Source: a virus (Duplodnaviria; Caudoviricetes). Taken from it: DNA of 44,448 nucleotides. The stretch is from IMG/VR virus record IMGVR_UViG_3300038673_000329, positions 1 to 44,448 of that record; one strand, 5' to 3'. Below the pieces are notes generated by a model that saw only the letters and a program-made list of their open reading frames with translations, was not told where the DNA came from and did no database searches. The translations under genes and the position numbers were made by a program. Shown here one piece after another: positions 17,550 to 26,669 of this stretch. Each line of letters opens with the position of its first letter. Within the stretch, counting starts at the first letter, position 1.

Positions 17550-18308
17550 CTATTTCATAGCTTCCAGGATACCTTTGTAGGTGACATTTTTGATCTGTTT
17601 CTCAAGTGGTACGCGTGACTTGGCTTGAAAACGGGCCTTCATGGCAGTATCCATAACGTACTCACCACCAACGTTTACGGACATGTGCCCAACGATATCG
17701 AAGTGCTTACCGATCTCTGCAGCGAACTTGCCGTTGATCGACGGCGTGCCGCTTGTACGTCCGCCCTTCTTATCCTCAAAGTACATCTCATGCATACAGC
17801 ATATGAATGTGATCGGCAGATCGCGGAAGGCTTCAATGCATAGCTGATTCAGGTCGATGATATTGCCCCAATCCTGAATCTCGATGTTCGGTCTGAACTT
17901 CAGCGAGCCATCGCCCTGCTTCTTAATATCGGCTCGCTTCTGCTCCTTAATCTCCCAGTTCACTTCGGACCAAGTATCGAACACAACCGCCTCGAATGGC
18001 TTTTCCACAACTACATTCATGAGCGGCGTGCTCAACGCTTTGGACAACTCGGCCGGATCATTGCGCATCAGCAATTTGTATATCCGATCGATGTCCGTGA
18101 AGTCAGTCATGCGCATCGGTACGATGTTCTTCAACCATGTCTGCGGAACTGTTTTCGCTGTCCTCAAACCGTTATCAACATCGATGAACAGCGTATGCAA
18201 CACTTCACCTGCCGATAATGCAAAACGTGTCTTACCGCAACCGGGCTCACCGTACGGCAAGATATTCAACGGGCCCTTGTATAGGCTATCCCAATCGACT
18301 GGTATCAT
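17550..18308 (-). CDS. AAA_24 / Sak4-like ATPase
   Basis: YGEPGCGKT, FIDVDNG, VVFDT, HE, FDIVG, AKSR. Confidence 0.85.
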   Translation of the reverse strand: MIPVDWDSLYKGPLNILPYGEPGCGKTRFALSAGEVLHTLFIDVDNGLRTAKTVPQTWLKNIVPMRMTDFTDIDRIYKLLMRNDPAELSKALSTPLMNVVVEKPFEAVVFDTWSEVNWEIKEQKRADIKKQGDGSLKFRPNIEIQDWGNIIDLNQLCIEAFRDLPITFICCMHEMYFEDKKGGRTSGTPSINGKFAAEIGKHFDIVGHMSVNVGGEYVMDTAMKARFQAKSRVPLEKQIKNVTYKGILEAMK

Positions 18309-18310
18309 CG

Positions 18311-18481
18311 TTACACCTCCATCTTCAAGTACGTATCACTCCAGCGCATGTACTTACCCCGAATGCTGCGCCAGAGATTCTTTACGGCGCTGGGCTTGCC
18401 GGTGTACGCATGCATTGTGCTGCGAAGCAGTTTGCGACAATACACTGGCGTGAAGTGGATGACTCTTTTTTTATTAGCCAT
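18311..18481 (-). CDS. Small basic hypothetical protein (56 aa)
   Basis: Hand translation MANKKRVIHFTPVYCRK...LKMEV*; GGAGG RBS directly downstream of a promoter. Confidence 0.65.
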   Translation of the reverse strand: MANKKRVIHFTPVYCRKLLRSTMHAYTGKPSAVKNLWRSIRGKYMRWSDTYLKMEV

Positions 18482-18508
18482 ATAAGGTACCCTCCTAAGT
18501 TATATATT

Positions 18509-18537
18509 ATTATACTATTTTATGAGTTGAAATTCAA
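18509..18537 (-). promoter_or_regulatory. SigA-type promoter
   Basis: TTGAAT-17 nt-TATAAT. Confidence 0.75.
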
Positions 18538-18565
18538 GCTGACTGAAACCAACAATCGTGGTTGT

Positions 18566-19504
18566 TCAATCCTCTAGTGTTCGCTCGACTTTGTCATCGA
18601 GGTGGTCCCCTTCGCGCACTTTGAACTCCTCGGAAAACTCATCGAGTATCTCGGCGAGATTCACATCACAGTAGCCCACGTGTTCGCACACAGATTTGTA
18701 ATCGCACATCTGGCATTTCAACATGCTAGGCTCGGGCATCGTATCCGCGACGGACGAACTAGCATCCACAATGGCTTTGCACGAACTCGCAAATGCGCGC
18801 ATGAAGCGCTTGCGATCCTCCGGAGTGTACACGCAGGCATCGCGTTGGTGAGCAAAGAACTTGACCGTCTTTTTACATTGGTTGATAAAGATTCCGCCGA
18901 GCTTGAACGGCTCAAGATTCTCGTCCTTTGCAAGGCGCAGAGCGTTGTGCTCGTCAACGTAATTTTGGAGCGCTTCCGTGTAAAGTCTGGGCTGTTCATC
19001 CATCTTGACATAGAGGGGATCGCGGAATGTTTTTGCGGACTTATGTTCAAATCCCCAGATGCTGTTGTCCCAGGTGTCAAGCACAATCATGTCGATCGAG
19101 CCGCACAGGACAACGGGTTCCTCGATAACCTCACCAGTCTCGGTATCGATTCCTGTCACAGTAATCCCTTCGACCTCCGGCGGCGTAAAAGCGAACTTAT
19201 GTTCGATATCTAGTACGCGATACCGCTCAAGATCGTCCGGCAATACCTGTGTTGCATATCCACGGATGATGGTTGTCATCACACGAATCTGTGATGGATC
19301 AGTAAGTTCTTTGATAGTCTTATCCAGTACATCGTCCGGATTGACACCAAGGTACAACGCGTGAAGCGCCTCGTGCATCAGCGTGCCGAAACGAAAAGCA
19401 TCGTTTTGTACCAAAGGTATCAAGTGACACCCATTGCGACTTGACAGCTCCCACTTACGGCCGCACTCCCTAAAGGACTTAACTTCGCTTACATCAATTC
19501 TCAT
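18566..19504 (-). CDS. Cas4/AddB-like PD-(D/E)xK exonuclease
   Basis: N-terminal C, GTLMHEAL, GSIDM...EHKS, C-terminal CxxCx5C. Confidence 0.85.
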   Translation of the reverse strand: MRIDVSEVKSFRECGRKWELSSRNGCHLIPLVQNDAFRFGTLMHEALHALYLGVNPDDVLDKTIKELTDPSQIRVMTTIIRGYATQVLPDDLERYRVLDIEHKFAFTPPEVEGITVTGIDTETGEVIEEPVVLCGSIDMIVLDTWDNSIWGFEHKSAKTFRDPLYVKMDEQPRLYTEALQNYVDEHNALRLAKDENLEPFKLGGIFINQCKKTVKFFAHQRDACVYTPEDRKRFMRAFASSCKAIVDASSSVADTMPEPSMLKCQMCDYKSVCEHVGYCDVNLAEILDEFSEEFKVREGDHLDDKVERTLED

Positions 19505-19506
19505 CC

Positions 19507-19743
19507 TTATTTCTCCCTCCAATGACATATGCCTAAGTAGAACTCGGGCTGAGTTACATTATTCCTATCGTCGTAGACAATGATGGGAATATTGTCGAAC
19601 GACACGGCGACATCATCGCCCCTAGTGCTCGGATGACTTCGCATACGCACGCGTGCCACTCTGTTCATGAATATAGCGTCCGGTGCATTGCCGCTATTGA
19701 TCTTTTTGAACGCATCAATTGCGCTCCTTAACATACGTTCCAT
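19507..19743 (-). CDS. Hypothetical protein
   Basis: Tightly packed co-directional ORF. Confidence 0.55.
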   Translation of the reverse strand: MERMLRSAIDAFKKINSGNAPDAIFMNRVARVRMRSHPSTRGDDVAVSFDNIPIIVYDDRNNVTQPEFYLGICHWREK

Positions 19744-19888
19744 ACTCTATCCTATTCCCTTTCATTAAAGTTCCAGCTGACAACTCTTATATCCTCGGAG
19801 TGCCTTGCTTTCCGTAAGAACGCGCATGCCTTGGGAAGGCTCTTGAACGTCTTTATAAACGTTCTACGGGACCAAACATTCTGACATA

Positions 19889-20179
19889 CTACTTCAAACA
19901 TATGAACTCCTCTCCGCAATCTGGTGCATTGCATTTATACAGTGGTCCAGCATCGGTGAATCTTAAAAACGTAGTGTTGTCGGACTCACACCACATACAA
20001 CGATAAGTGCCGGCCTCCGGATCGTACACACCCGGATTTTCATCCTGCCTGTTCTCGAGGCAATAGACACACACGCGAACAAACCTCCCGGTCTCTTCAT
20101 CACATTCGCATATCACATCGTCGGCCGGAAGCCAGCACTTACACTCTGGACAATACGCATACGAACACGGATTACTCAT
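19889..20179 (-). CDS. Cys-rich putative zinc-binding protein
   Basis: Four CxxC-type pairs; ATGA overlap with upstream gene. Confidence 0.65.
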   Translation of the reverse strand: MSNPCSYAYCPECKCWLPADDVICECDEETGRFVRVCVYCLENRQDENPGVYDPEAGTYRCMWCESDNTTFLRFTDAGPLYKCNAPDCGEEFICLK

Positions 20180-20376
20180 ACACGTCCCAGCGCCTCCGCC
20201 ATGCGAATCCGCAATCTGGTAACAAACTGGATGTAGCTAATGTCTAGCGTCGTAGCATTATTTTCACCTACAAACCAAACATCAGTTTCTTCTGGCGTAC
20301 AACCTTCACTTATATGGGTAATCAGCGAAAGGTTTATAAGATCTTCATTAGGCGTTTTCATAAAAACTGGTATCAT
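20176..20376 (-). CDS. Hypothetical protein
   Basis: ATGA-coupled on both sides. Confidence 0.65.
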   Translation of the reverse strand: MIPVFMKTPNEDLINLSLITHISEGCTPEETDVWFVGENNATTLDISYIQFVTRLRIRMAEALGRV

Positions 20377-20690
20377 TTTTCTTCCTCCCGTTTCTCAATC
20401 ATCGCCCCAACACCTCCCGCATTCATCCGAAAGAATGCGGGGTCCCCATTGACCAGAAATCCGAGGACGCCTTCTAGGCACGTGTACGACATACAGTTAT
20501 ATCGCGCGTTCTTATAGCGACACACAGCACAGCGATTGCCTTGTTCAATCTTGTAGTTACCGGACACGTACAACAAGAACTCGGCGCAGTCGTGCGGGCT
20601 CATGTTCCGGATGGTTTCAAGAGGCGTTTCACCTCTCTTAGCGCCCTCTTCAATAAGGGTCATTGGGGTCCATTTTTGTTCACCGCTCAT
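20373..20690 (-). CDS. Hypothetical Cys-containing protein
   Basis: Coupled ORF with GGAGG RBS; CAVC...C...C. Confidence 0.6.
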   Translation of the reverse strand: MSGEQKWTPMTLIEEGAKRGETPLETIRNMSPHDCAEFLLYVSGNYKIEQGNRCAVCRYKNARYNCMSYTCLEGVLGFLVNGDPAFFRMNAGGVGAMIEKREEEK

Positions 20691-20917
20691 TTCTTACCTC
20701 CTGTCTCGTCGTCACTTAACCACACCAAAATAGAGCATGATCCGGAATAACCACGCCCCACTCTGCGATAAACTTCGGGTTCAGTCGCCGCCAGCGTCGC
20801 GATATCAATACTCTCAAGTAAGCCCTGATGTATCTTCTGATACACGCGCTGCGGCGAGATGCCCATTACCTGTGCATAATCCGACACAGATATCCATTCA
20901 CCATTTTTCCTAGCCAT
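20687..20917 (-). CDS. Small HTH DNA-binding protein (excisionase/MerR-like fold)
   Basis: WISVSDYAQVMGISPQRVYQKIHQGLL. Confidence 0.75.
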   Translation of the reverse strand: MARKNGEWISVSDYAQVMGISPQRVYQKIHQGLLESIDIATLAATEPEVYRRVGRGYSGSCSILVWLSDDETGGKK

Positions 20918-21044
20918 TATGCTCCCTCCACATTACTAGATTCGCTATTCAGTTGTTACCCCCGCTGGTTAATACTTCAGCCGCGCGCCACGCGCATTAA
21001 GATCCATTAGATCCCGCTCGAGTTCTTCTCTACATCAATCAGTC

Positions 21045-21227
21045 TCATTGCTTTTCCACCCACTCTCCGTTAATCCTGCGCATAGAATAATCACGCAAAT
21101 TAATTCTGTCGCAAGCGATAACCGACATGCAGTCATATGTCACAACAATCTCGACCCGCACATTTTCGCCGTATATCTCTCGGATGGCATTGTGGATATT
21201 GTTCATTTTTCGTTCTTTATCAGTCAT
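21045..21227 (-). CDS. Hypothetical protein
   Basis: GGAGG RBS then MTDKERK; ATGA overlap. Confidence 0.6.
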   Translation of the reverse strand: MTDKERKMNNIHNAIREIYGENVRVEIVVTYDCMSVIACDRINLRDYSMRRINGEWVEKQ

Positions 21228-21628
21228 GTTAATTCCTCCTTCGCTGGCTGTTGGAGCCAATCAATCACGCCTTTTATACAAGTGTCATGGTCAAGCCCTT
21301 TGGTGGTACAATTATTTTGATAGGCACAATGCCCGTAACAGTATTCAGACCCGTTTCCGAGGTAAAAAATGTAATTCGCTAACTCCTCATCCGTCATGCC
21401 CCGCATACGGTCGGCGTTGCTTACCATTTTCGTGGCGTCAGGCAAATGGTCGACACGGCGGTTCCATGCGGCGATGGCTTGCTCTTTTGTGTCCCCCGCC
21501 GTTTCCGCAATGCAATCAATACACAGCACCCGCCAGCTCGTTTCGTTTTTATCCCAAAACGATTCCATCTCGTCTATTTGGATGTCGTTTCCCCCGCAAA
21601 ACGGGCATGGCAGTAATTTGTCAGTCAT
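21224..21628 (-). CDS. Lar-family (restriction alleviation) zinc-ribbon protein
   Basis: LLPCPFCGG...CIDC...AIAAWNRR. Confidence 0.8.
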   Translation of the reverse strand: MTDKLLPCPFCGGNDIQIDEMESFWDKNETSWRVLCIDCIAETAGDTKEQAIAAWNRRVDHLPDATKMVSNADRMRGMTDEELANYIFYLGNGSEYCYGHCAYQNNCTTKGLDHDTCIKGVIDWLQQPAKEELT

Positions 21629-22020
21629 GGCTCTACCTCCAACCGCTTGCCGCACATGGGGCAGAAGCGCGCATTTGGCAATTCGCCGCTGATTTGCGTC
21701 TGCCAAAACTTAAAATTATCATCGCAATACTCGCACCCCTTGCTTCTCTCTGCCTGTTCGCGGAGGGAGGCGACAACAGCATCATCAGTCACGCCATCTG
21801 GGATGGGGCAGGATTTGCATGTGCTTCGCCCCGCCTCCCGCAGCGCGGAAAGGTCGGCCTCTTGCTGCTCGATCAGGGCGGCGGCTTCGGTTAGAGTTTC
21901 AGTATAGGCGCACAATTCATGATTGCCTCGGTTCGCAGGGCAGTCTTTGCAATTTCCGCGCACCCCTGAATGTTGACTGGCGTGGCACCGCAGCGCCTTT
22001 ACAATTTCGTTAGCGTTCAT
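21625..22020 (-). CDS. Zinc-finger hypothetical phage protein
   Basis: EIVKALRC, CKDCP, CEYC, FCPMCGKRL. Confidence 0.7.
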   Translation of the reverse strand: MNANEIVKALRCHASQHSGVRGNCKDCPANRGNHELCAYTETLTEAAALIEQQEADLSALREAGRSTCKSCPIPDGVTDDAVVASLREQAERSKGCEYCDDNFKFWQTQISGELPNARFCPMCGKRLEVEP

Positions 22021-22054
22021 CTATTGCCCCTTTCTATTAGTCAGGCACAAGCGT

Positions 22055-22090
22055 AAAAGAGAAGGTCGCCCTGCTCTAAGAGCGGCCTTC
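22055..22090 (-). terminator. Probable intrinsic terminator
   Basis: GAAGGCCGCTCT...AGGGCGACCTTC stem followed by TCTTTT on the minus strand. Confidence 0.6.
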
Positions 22091-22105
22091 TGTATACGAG
22101 ATGTG

Positions 22106-22702
22106 TTATGCTTCCGCGTCGGTCTGCTCGGCAGTAGCAGTAGCAGTAGCAGCAAGGCGCGCACGCACCTCAGCCTCGGCCTTGGCCACACCGGACGGAG
22201 GTACCATCTTCTGGTTCAAGGTCCAGTTGCTCATGCTGGTGAGCATCAGACTGTCTTCCGGCTGGAGCACAACACTGGCATCGTTCACAAATACGGCCTT
22301 GTAGATAACATCGGACTTCTTGATGATGACCGTATCGCCCACATTGATTTCGAACCTACGCTTGGGGATGCTCTTGCCACCGCCAACATCGATCATGTCC
22401 TTGCTGCTGCCACCGGCCGAAGGACCTCTCCGGCGATCACGGGTGGACAGATCGGCATCAATTTCGAGTGCCGCGTTGATCACATCTTCAAGAGTCATGA
22501 AACCCTTGGGGTTGTCCTCACCAATTCGCTTCTCGACGAAACGTGTAATCGCACCCCAGTTATAAACCTTGGCGTCATACACTTCGCCGGCAACAGGCTG
22601 TTTAGCCACACTGTAGATTCGGGTTTGCTGTACGTCCAGCGCTTCAGCAATAGCGCGAAGACTGGGCTGCGCAACTCCCATACGTTCGATGGTGTTCAAC
22701 AT
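22106..22702 (-). CDS. Paralogous family member 1 (HTH-like N-terminus, beta-barrel-like C-terminus)
   Basis: SLRAIAEAL...KQPVAGEVYD...NWGA; TTG start with AAGGAGG RBS; own promoter and terminator. Confidence 0.75.
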   Translation of the reverse strand: MLNTIERMGVAQPSLRAIAEALDVQQTRIYSVAKQPVAGEVYDAKVYNWGAITRFVEKRIGEDNPKGFMTLEDVINAALEIDADLSTRDRRRGPSAGGSSKDMIDVGGGKSIPKRRFEINVGDTVIIKKSDVIYKAVFVNDASVVLQPEDSLMLTSMSNWTLNQKMVPPSGVAKAEAEVRARLAATATATAEQTDAEA

Positions 22703-22763
22703 TTGAATATCCTCCTTGTTATAATACTTGATGCGTTTGTTTACATCAATTTTCTATATTATT

Positions 22764-22792
22764 ATTATATAATAAGAAAACTGGCATTTCAA
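22764..22792 (-). promoter_or_regulatory. SigA-type promoter
   Basis: TTGAAA-17 nt-TATAAT. Confidence 0.8.
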
Positions 22793-22812
22793 CGGTACAA
22801 TTACAAAGACCT

Positions 22813-23073
22813 TTAGTTGTTCCCAAGCACTTCGAATTCAAGATAGGCAAGAAATTCCTCTACAGCTGATTCCCGGACTAGTTGCCTAGCCCGGAGTTCA
22901 GCCGACAATTTTTTCGTGGCACGAAGCACATTAGCTCCCTCTGCCACTGGAAGATTCGATATCGTAGTGTTCAGAACCTCCCGTTGTGTGCGGATAAGGT
23001 TGTCTCTCGCCTCTTTCAAAAGCTTCAAGTCGTCGCTGGTCACGTAAGCGCCTCCTTTCCAAGAGCTCATCAA
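22813..23073 (-). CDS. Hypothetical helical protein
   Basis: AAGGAGG RBS suggests the true start is the GTG at 23043. Confidence 0.55.
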   Translation of the reverse strand: MMSSWKGGAYVTSDDLKLLKEARDNLIRTQREVLNTTISNLPVAEGANVLRATKKLSAELRARQLVRESAVEEFLAYLEFEVLGNN

Positions 23074-23218
23074 TATAATCCGACTTTTCCTGGTCAGTGA
23101 AGGATCTAGGATCCCTCAACTGGCCGAACTTCTCTGAATCTTGCAACATTATCTGTGCGCGCGGTTGTCCTTCAACGAATACCGCATTAAAATAATCCAC
23201 ATTATTTACGTCCGGCAT
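22931..23218 (-). CDS. Hypothetical protein
   Basis: AAGGAG RBS; overlaps the downstream gene by about 110 nt. Confidence 0.5.
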   Translation of the reverse strand: MPDVNNVDYFNAVFVEGQPRAQIMLQDSEKFGQLRDPRSFTDQEKSDYIDELLERRRLRDQRRLEAFERGERQPYPHTTGGSEHYDIESSSGRGS

Positions 23219-23255
23219 ATAACGCTCCTTCCCCTAGCGCAGCACGGTCTCGAAC

Positions 23256-23471
23256 TCAGTCGGTATGTATCACCGTATACGGTCCCTCCTGCCGATAGCC
23301 AAACGGTACATTACCACGGTCGGCCACGAGCGCCTTTTCATAGGGCGTCATCGTGCATCCTTTCTTAGGCGTTACTAGATACACGCTATGTGCATAGCCC
23401 GATCGAATGTATTCACACTTCTCGGTCTTAGCCAGCGCTTCCTGATATTGTTCCCATTTAGTCTTTTCCAT
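23256..23471 (-). CDS. Hypothetical protein
   Basis: AGGAGG RBS; co-directional. Confidence 0.65.
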   Translation of the reverse strand: MEKTKWEQYQEALAKTEKCEYIRSGYAHSVYLVTPKKGCTMTPYEKALVADRGNVPFGYRQEGPYTVIHTD

Positions 23472-23547
23472 TATTTCTTGTTCCTCCTAAATGTTAGTTT
23501 GCCTAGCGTCCCAACAATCCAAAGAAATAAAAACCAGAGAAGGTGCA

Positions 23548-24171
23548 TTATGCACCCTCTCCTTCAGTATCAACTGCTCCCTCCGGGTCCGCATGACCAA
23601 CCACGGTACCGCCACTGTGCTTAAATGTCGCATTAGACATTACACGCGGCTTAGACGTACCATCCGCCATGATGACCAAGTGTGTCGGCGTGGCAATATG
23701 CACACGATAAGGTGGGAACTTTGTAACTGAGCCGTCGGCATTCTCAACAGGACGAAGCGTCACGATATCGTTAACCTTAACATCCAATAGTACCTCGGGC
23801 GCATCAGTCCCTGTAGACAACAGCTTATCAACCTTAAGATCCACGAGCGCATCGATACCGTTCTTACGGACAAGAACCTGAACCATCGCACCGAAGTTCA
23901 CATTATCCGGATCGTACATCTGTCCGGACACTGGAGCTTTGCTCGCCTTCAACAACGCTGTGTAGTTAGCACCCGTCGCGAACGCGAGCTGCTTGATCGA
24001 GGCGTTCTCATCCCCGAAGTACTCCTGCAGGACTGCTGTCGCCTCAGCGATTGCCTGATCCCGGTATTCCTGCTCAGCAACCTGCTCGGGATCTTCTTGG
24101 CGCGGTTCGGGATCTACCGGAGCCTGTTCCAATTGAGTGCCCTGTGCCATCCTCTTTTTGTCTTTTGCCAT
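23548..24171 (-). CDS. Paralogous family member 2
   Basis: SIKQLAFAT...KAPVSGQMYDPDNVNFGA...KPRVMSNATFKHSG; AAGGAG RBS. Confidence 0.75.
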   Translation of the reverse strand: MAKDKKRMAQGTQLEQAPVDPEPRQEDPEQVAEQEYRDQAIAEATAVLQEYFGDENASIKQLAFATGANYTALLKASKAPVSGQMYDPDNVNFGAMVQVLVRKNGIDALVDLKVDKLLSTGTDAPEVLLDVKVNDIVTLRPVENADGSVTKFPPYRVHIATPTHLVIMADGTSKPRVMSNATFKHSGGTVVGHADPEGAVDTEGEGA

Positions 24172-24282
24172 TGTTAACTCCTTCCGCCCTTGGTAGGACT
24201 TGTGTTATAGCGCACCACGCTTTTATAACCCTTGCGGGTTGGAGAGGGGCTTTAAGATTAACCCCTCAGAACTATTGTGGCA

Positions 24283-24495
24283 CTAGTTGAGCATCCGCAG
24301 TACTTTCTCGTCCTCCACGAAGCCGGCAGCGCACATGTACCGAACCGCATCGCGAATTGCCTCCGCAGGAACCTCGCCATGCGCACCCTCGGACAATGCC
24401 TGGCACACAGCATGCACAATGTTCGCGACACCATTCAGAATACTATCCGGTGATCCCGTGATCGTGATACCCACATCCTCGTCATACATAATCAT
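24283..24495 (-). CDS. Hypothetical protein
   Basis: GGAGG RBS; resembles 24577..24819. Confidence 0.6.
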   Translation of the reverse strand: MIMYDEDVGITITGSPDSILNGVANIVHAVCQALSEGAHGEVPAEAIRDAVRYMCAAGFVEDEKVLRMLN

Positions 24496-24576
24496 GATAA
24501 TATACCTCCATCATTATTTTCGCTCTATAGAGCGTGGAAGGGGGCTTTTGGATAAACCCCCCAGAACGAAGATAAT

Positions 24577-24819
24577 CTAGCGATGCGCACGGTCTGAAAC
24601 GACTGGCTTCATGAGAAATACATCATATTCGCCACCGTCCATGTCCTCCGCCAATGCCTGTTCAGCCATACTCATTACCATCATGTCGAACAACTCTTCC
24701 GGCATCCCCCGCTCCCGGACCATACCGCGTTTCAATGCAGCCAGTGCGGTACCGATTTCAGCAAGCATTACAGACACAGTGCCCTCCATGCGCACTTTGC
24801 CCTTGTTCACGTTAATCAT
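24577..24819 (-). CDS. Hypothetical protein
   Basis: AAGGGG RBS; resembles 24283..24495. Confidence 0.6.
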   Translation of the reverse strand: MINVNKGKVRMEGTVSVMLAEIGTALAALKRGMVRERGMPEELFDMMVMSMAEQALAEDMDGGEYDVFLMKPVVSDRAHR

Positions 24820-24901
24820 CGTTTTTTCCCCTTTCTGTTAAATAATATTGTCCACGCATTGTAGAACAGAATACCAACAACCAACCAACCGATTAAGTGT
24901 T

Positions 24902-25231
24902 TCATGGTACATCCCTCGTATGTATCCGGACGTCTTCGTACATTGTTCGCAGTGATCCTCCCTCATCACCACTATTTGCACAATTTACAAGATACCGCAA
25001 CAGGGAACGGATTCCTTTGATCGTGTCCTTCCTAAGTAACACGAACTGCGACTCACTGTGATCACCTCCATCTTCGTTCAGCGACGGTATGTCCGCAACC
25101 ATTTCGCGGGCGAGATCATTGATGGCGAACTGCGCCTCTACGGTCTCATCCACATTCTCATCGGCGGCAGCCCGATCGTATTTGTCGATCAGCTCCCGCA
25201 TCTGGATCAACTGGTCCTGACTCATTGTCAT
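24902..25231 (-). CDS. Hypothetical acidic protein
   Basis: GGAGG RBS. Confidence 0.6.
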   Translation of the reverse strand: MTMSQDQLIQMRELIDKYDRAAADENVDETVEAQFAINDLAREMVADIPSLNEDGGDHSESQFVLLRKDTIKGIRSLLRYLVNCANSGDEGGSLRTMYEDVRIHTRDVP

Positions 25232-25433
25232 TGTCCTCCCTTTCTAATACATTCAACAACATCTTAATATGCACTAACCGACTTCGTTCATTACGATACA
25301 CTTCCATACCCGCGAGAAACTGTCCGTCCGTAATTTCCTCGTTGAGATAGTCCGACAACATATCAGTAATGTCGTCGTAATTACCGATAATGGCGTCATC
25401 AATCGCCTCTACAACATCGACAATTTTTGACAT
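25158..25433 (-). CDS. Hypothetical acidic protein
   Basis: AAGGAG RBS, just downstream of a promoter-like site. Confidence 0.6.
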   Translation of the reverse strand: MSKIVDVVEAIDDAIIGNYDDITDMLSDYLNEEITDGQFLAGMEVYRNERSRLVHIKMLLNVLEREDNDNESGPVDPDAGADRQIRSGCRR

Positions 25434-25453
25434 AGATTTTCTCCTTTTCTTTT

Positions 25454-25482
25454 ATTATACTATATCTAGAGATGGAATACTA
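25454..25482 (-). promoter_or_regulatory. Probable SigA-type promoter
   Basis: TAGTAT-17 nt-TATAAT (weak -35). Confidence 0.5.
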
Positions 25483-25503
25483 GCGGGTCACCTAAGTTTA
25501 TTT

Positions 25504-25770
25504 TTAATCCAACTTGGGTGCAATTACCGTGGTGTTCGTGTGCCGATCGGCATTCCGATCACCCCGTAAGGACCAATCATTTAGCACGCATTGTACAGTT
25601 ATTTTGTCCGGAGAGAAGTCGAACAAGTAAATATCGAAATGCGATAAACTGTGCTCACTATAGTATATGGGCAAGTTAGCGTCGACAACAGCTTGTATCA
25701 GCGCTTGCGCGCACTCAATGATTTTCTTCTCTTGTTCCGTAGTTGCTTCAATGTACTCCATATTGTTCAC
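25504..25770 (-). CDS. Hypothetical protein
   Basis: Co-directional, overlapping upstream gene. Confidence 0.5.
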   Translation of the reverse strand: MNNMEYIEATTEQEKKIIECAQALIQAVVDANLPIYYSEHSLSHFDIYLFDFSPDKITVQCVLNDWSLRGDRNADRHTNTTVIAPKLD

Positions 25771-26083
25771 TCACTTTCTTCTTATTAGATTCACCCAGAA
25801 TGTACTCAACATCAATGACCTCTCCCGATTCAAGTTCGCCGAAATGTCTTTCGATATACTTATGTGCTTCGCGCATGGTACGTGATCCATCGTTCCACCT
25901 GAAAGGTCCGTAATGCGTCTCCTCAACACGGTTCAGCATGGTCACTACTACAAGCGGATACTCAAAACCGTATCCAGCACGCCTTAGAAGATAACGCTCA
26001 CGGTTGTCGGTAGGAATCATCATAGTGGCCATTACGGGAATGAACGTCGCTCTATCACGAACTTCAAATAACTTAGTCTGCAT
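25748..26083 (-). CDS. Hypothetical phage protein
   Basis: AAGGAGG RBS before MQTKLFEVRDRATFIP. Confidence 0.65.
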   Translation of the reverse strand: MQTKLFEVRDRATFIPVMATMMIPTDNRERYLLRRAGYGFEYPLVVVTMLNRVEETHYGPFRWNDGSRTMREAHKYIERHFGELESGEVIDVEYILGESNKKKVSEQYGVH

Positions 26084-26246
26084 CTTTGTTATCCTCCTTG
26101 AGTATTGCATTGCCCATCATTACCATGGCCTGTAACGTACCATAGTCTCGAACGCCGAGTACATCGACGCCCTGTTCGAGAAGCTTTTCTGCCTCCGCGA
26201 CAGCCTCTCTCAGTTCCTTTGTGGATTGCGCTTCTTTGTTTTCCAT
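26073..26246 (-). CDS. Small hypothetical protein (57 aa)
   Basis: Hand translation MENKEAQSTKELREAVAEAEKLLEQG...KDAD*; AAGGAG RBS. Confidence 0.55.
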   Translation of the reverse strand: MENKEAQSTKELREAVAEAEKLLEQGVDVLGVRDYGTLQAMVMMGNAILKEDNKDAD

Positions 26247-26669
26247 GATGTATGCTCCTTTCTGGTCTTTACATTAGTCACCGAACAACGGTGCTTGAAC
26301 ATGGCTCAGAAGTTTGGGTCCTTAGTATCGTCCAACAGCAATGCTCCCTGCGCGTAAGCGTCCTCCCAATCACGGATGTTTGATTTTACCGGAAGTCAGT
26401 AGGAATGTAAACAACCTGAAATTTCCGGTTGATTTTTTTTTTAACGGCTAGCAAAGGTGTGTCAACGGGCAACTGCCCCGTAAAATCGGTAAAAATTCAT
26501 ATATACAACCTTCGTGAAAGAGTTTATACTCCCTCCTTCTGTTATTTATATTATTATATTCATATTCTTCATCAATATGATATTACAATTAGTCATATAT
26601 ATGAATTTCGCTATATAGATATAGAGGGATTTTAAGCGGATCGCGTAATTTTATAGTCGCGTACGAATC

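Noticed and set aside
18566-19504. Cas4 as part of a CRISPR-Cas system
   Set aside because: No other cas genes or array; context with AAA ATPase and SSB indicates a phage recombination nuclease.
20687-20917. Excisionase implying a temperate lifestyle
   Set aside because: No integrase or CI-like repressor in the window; the fold is a generic HTH.
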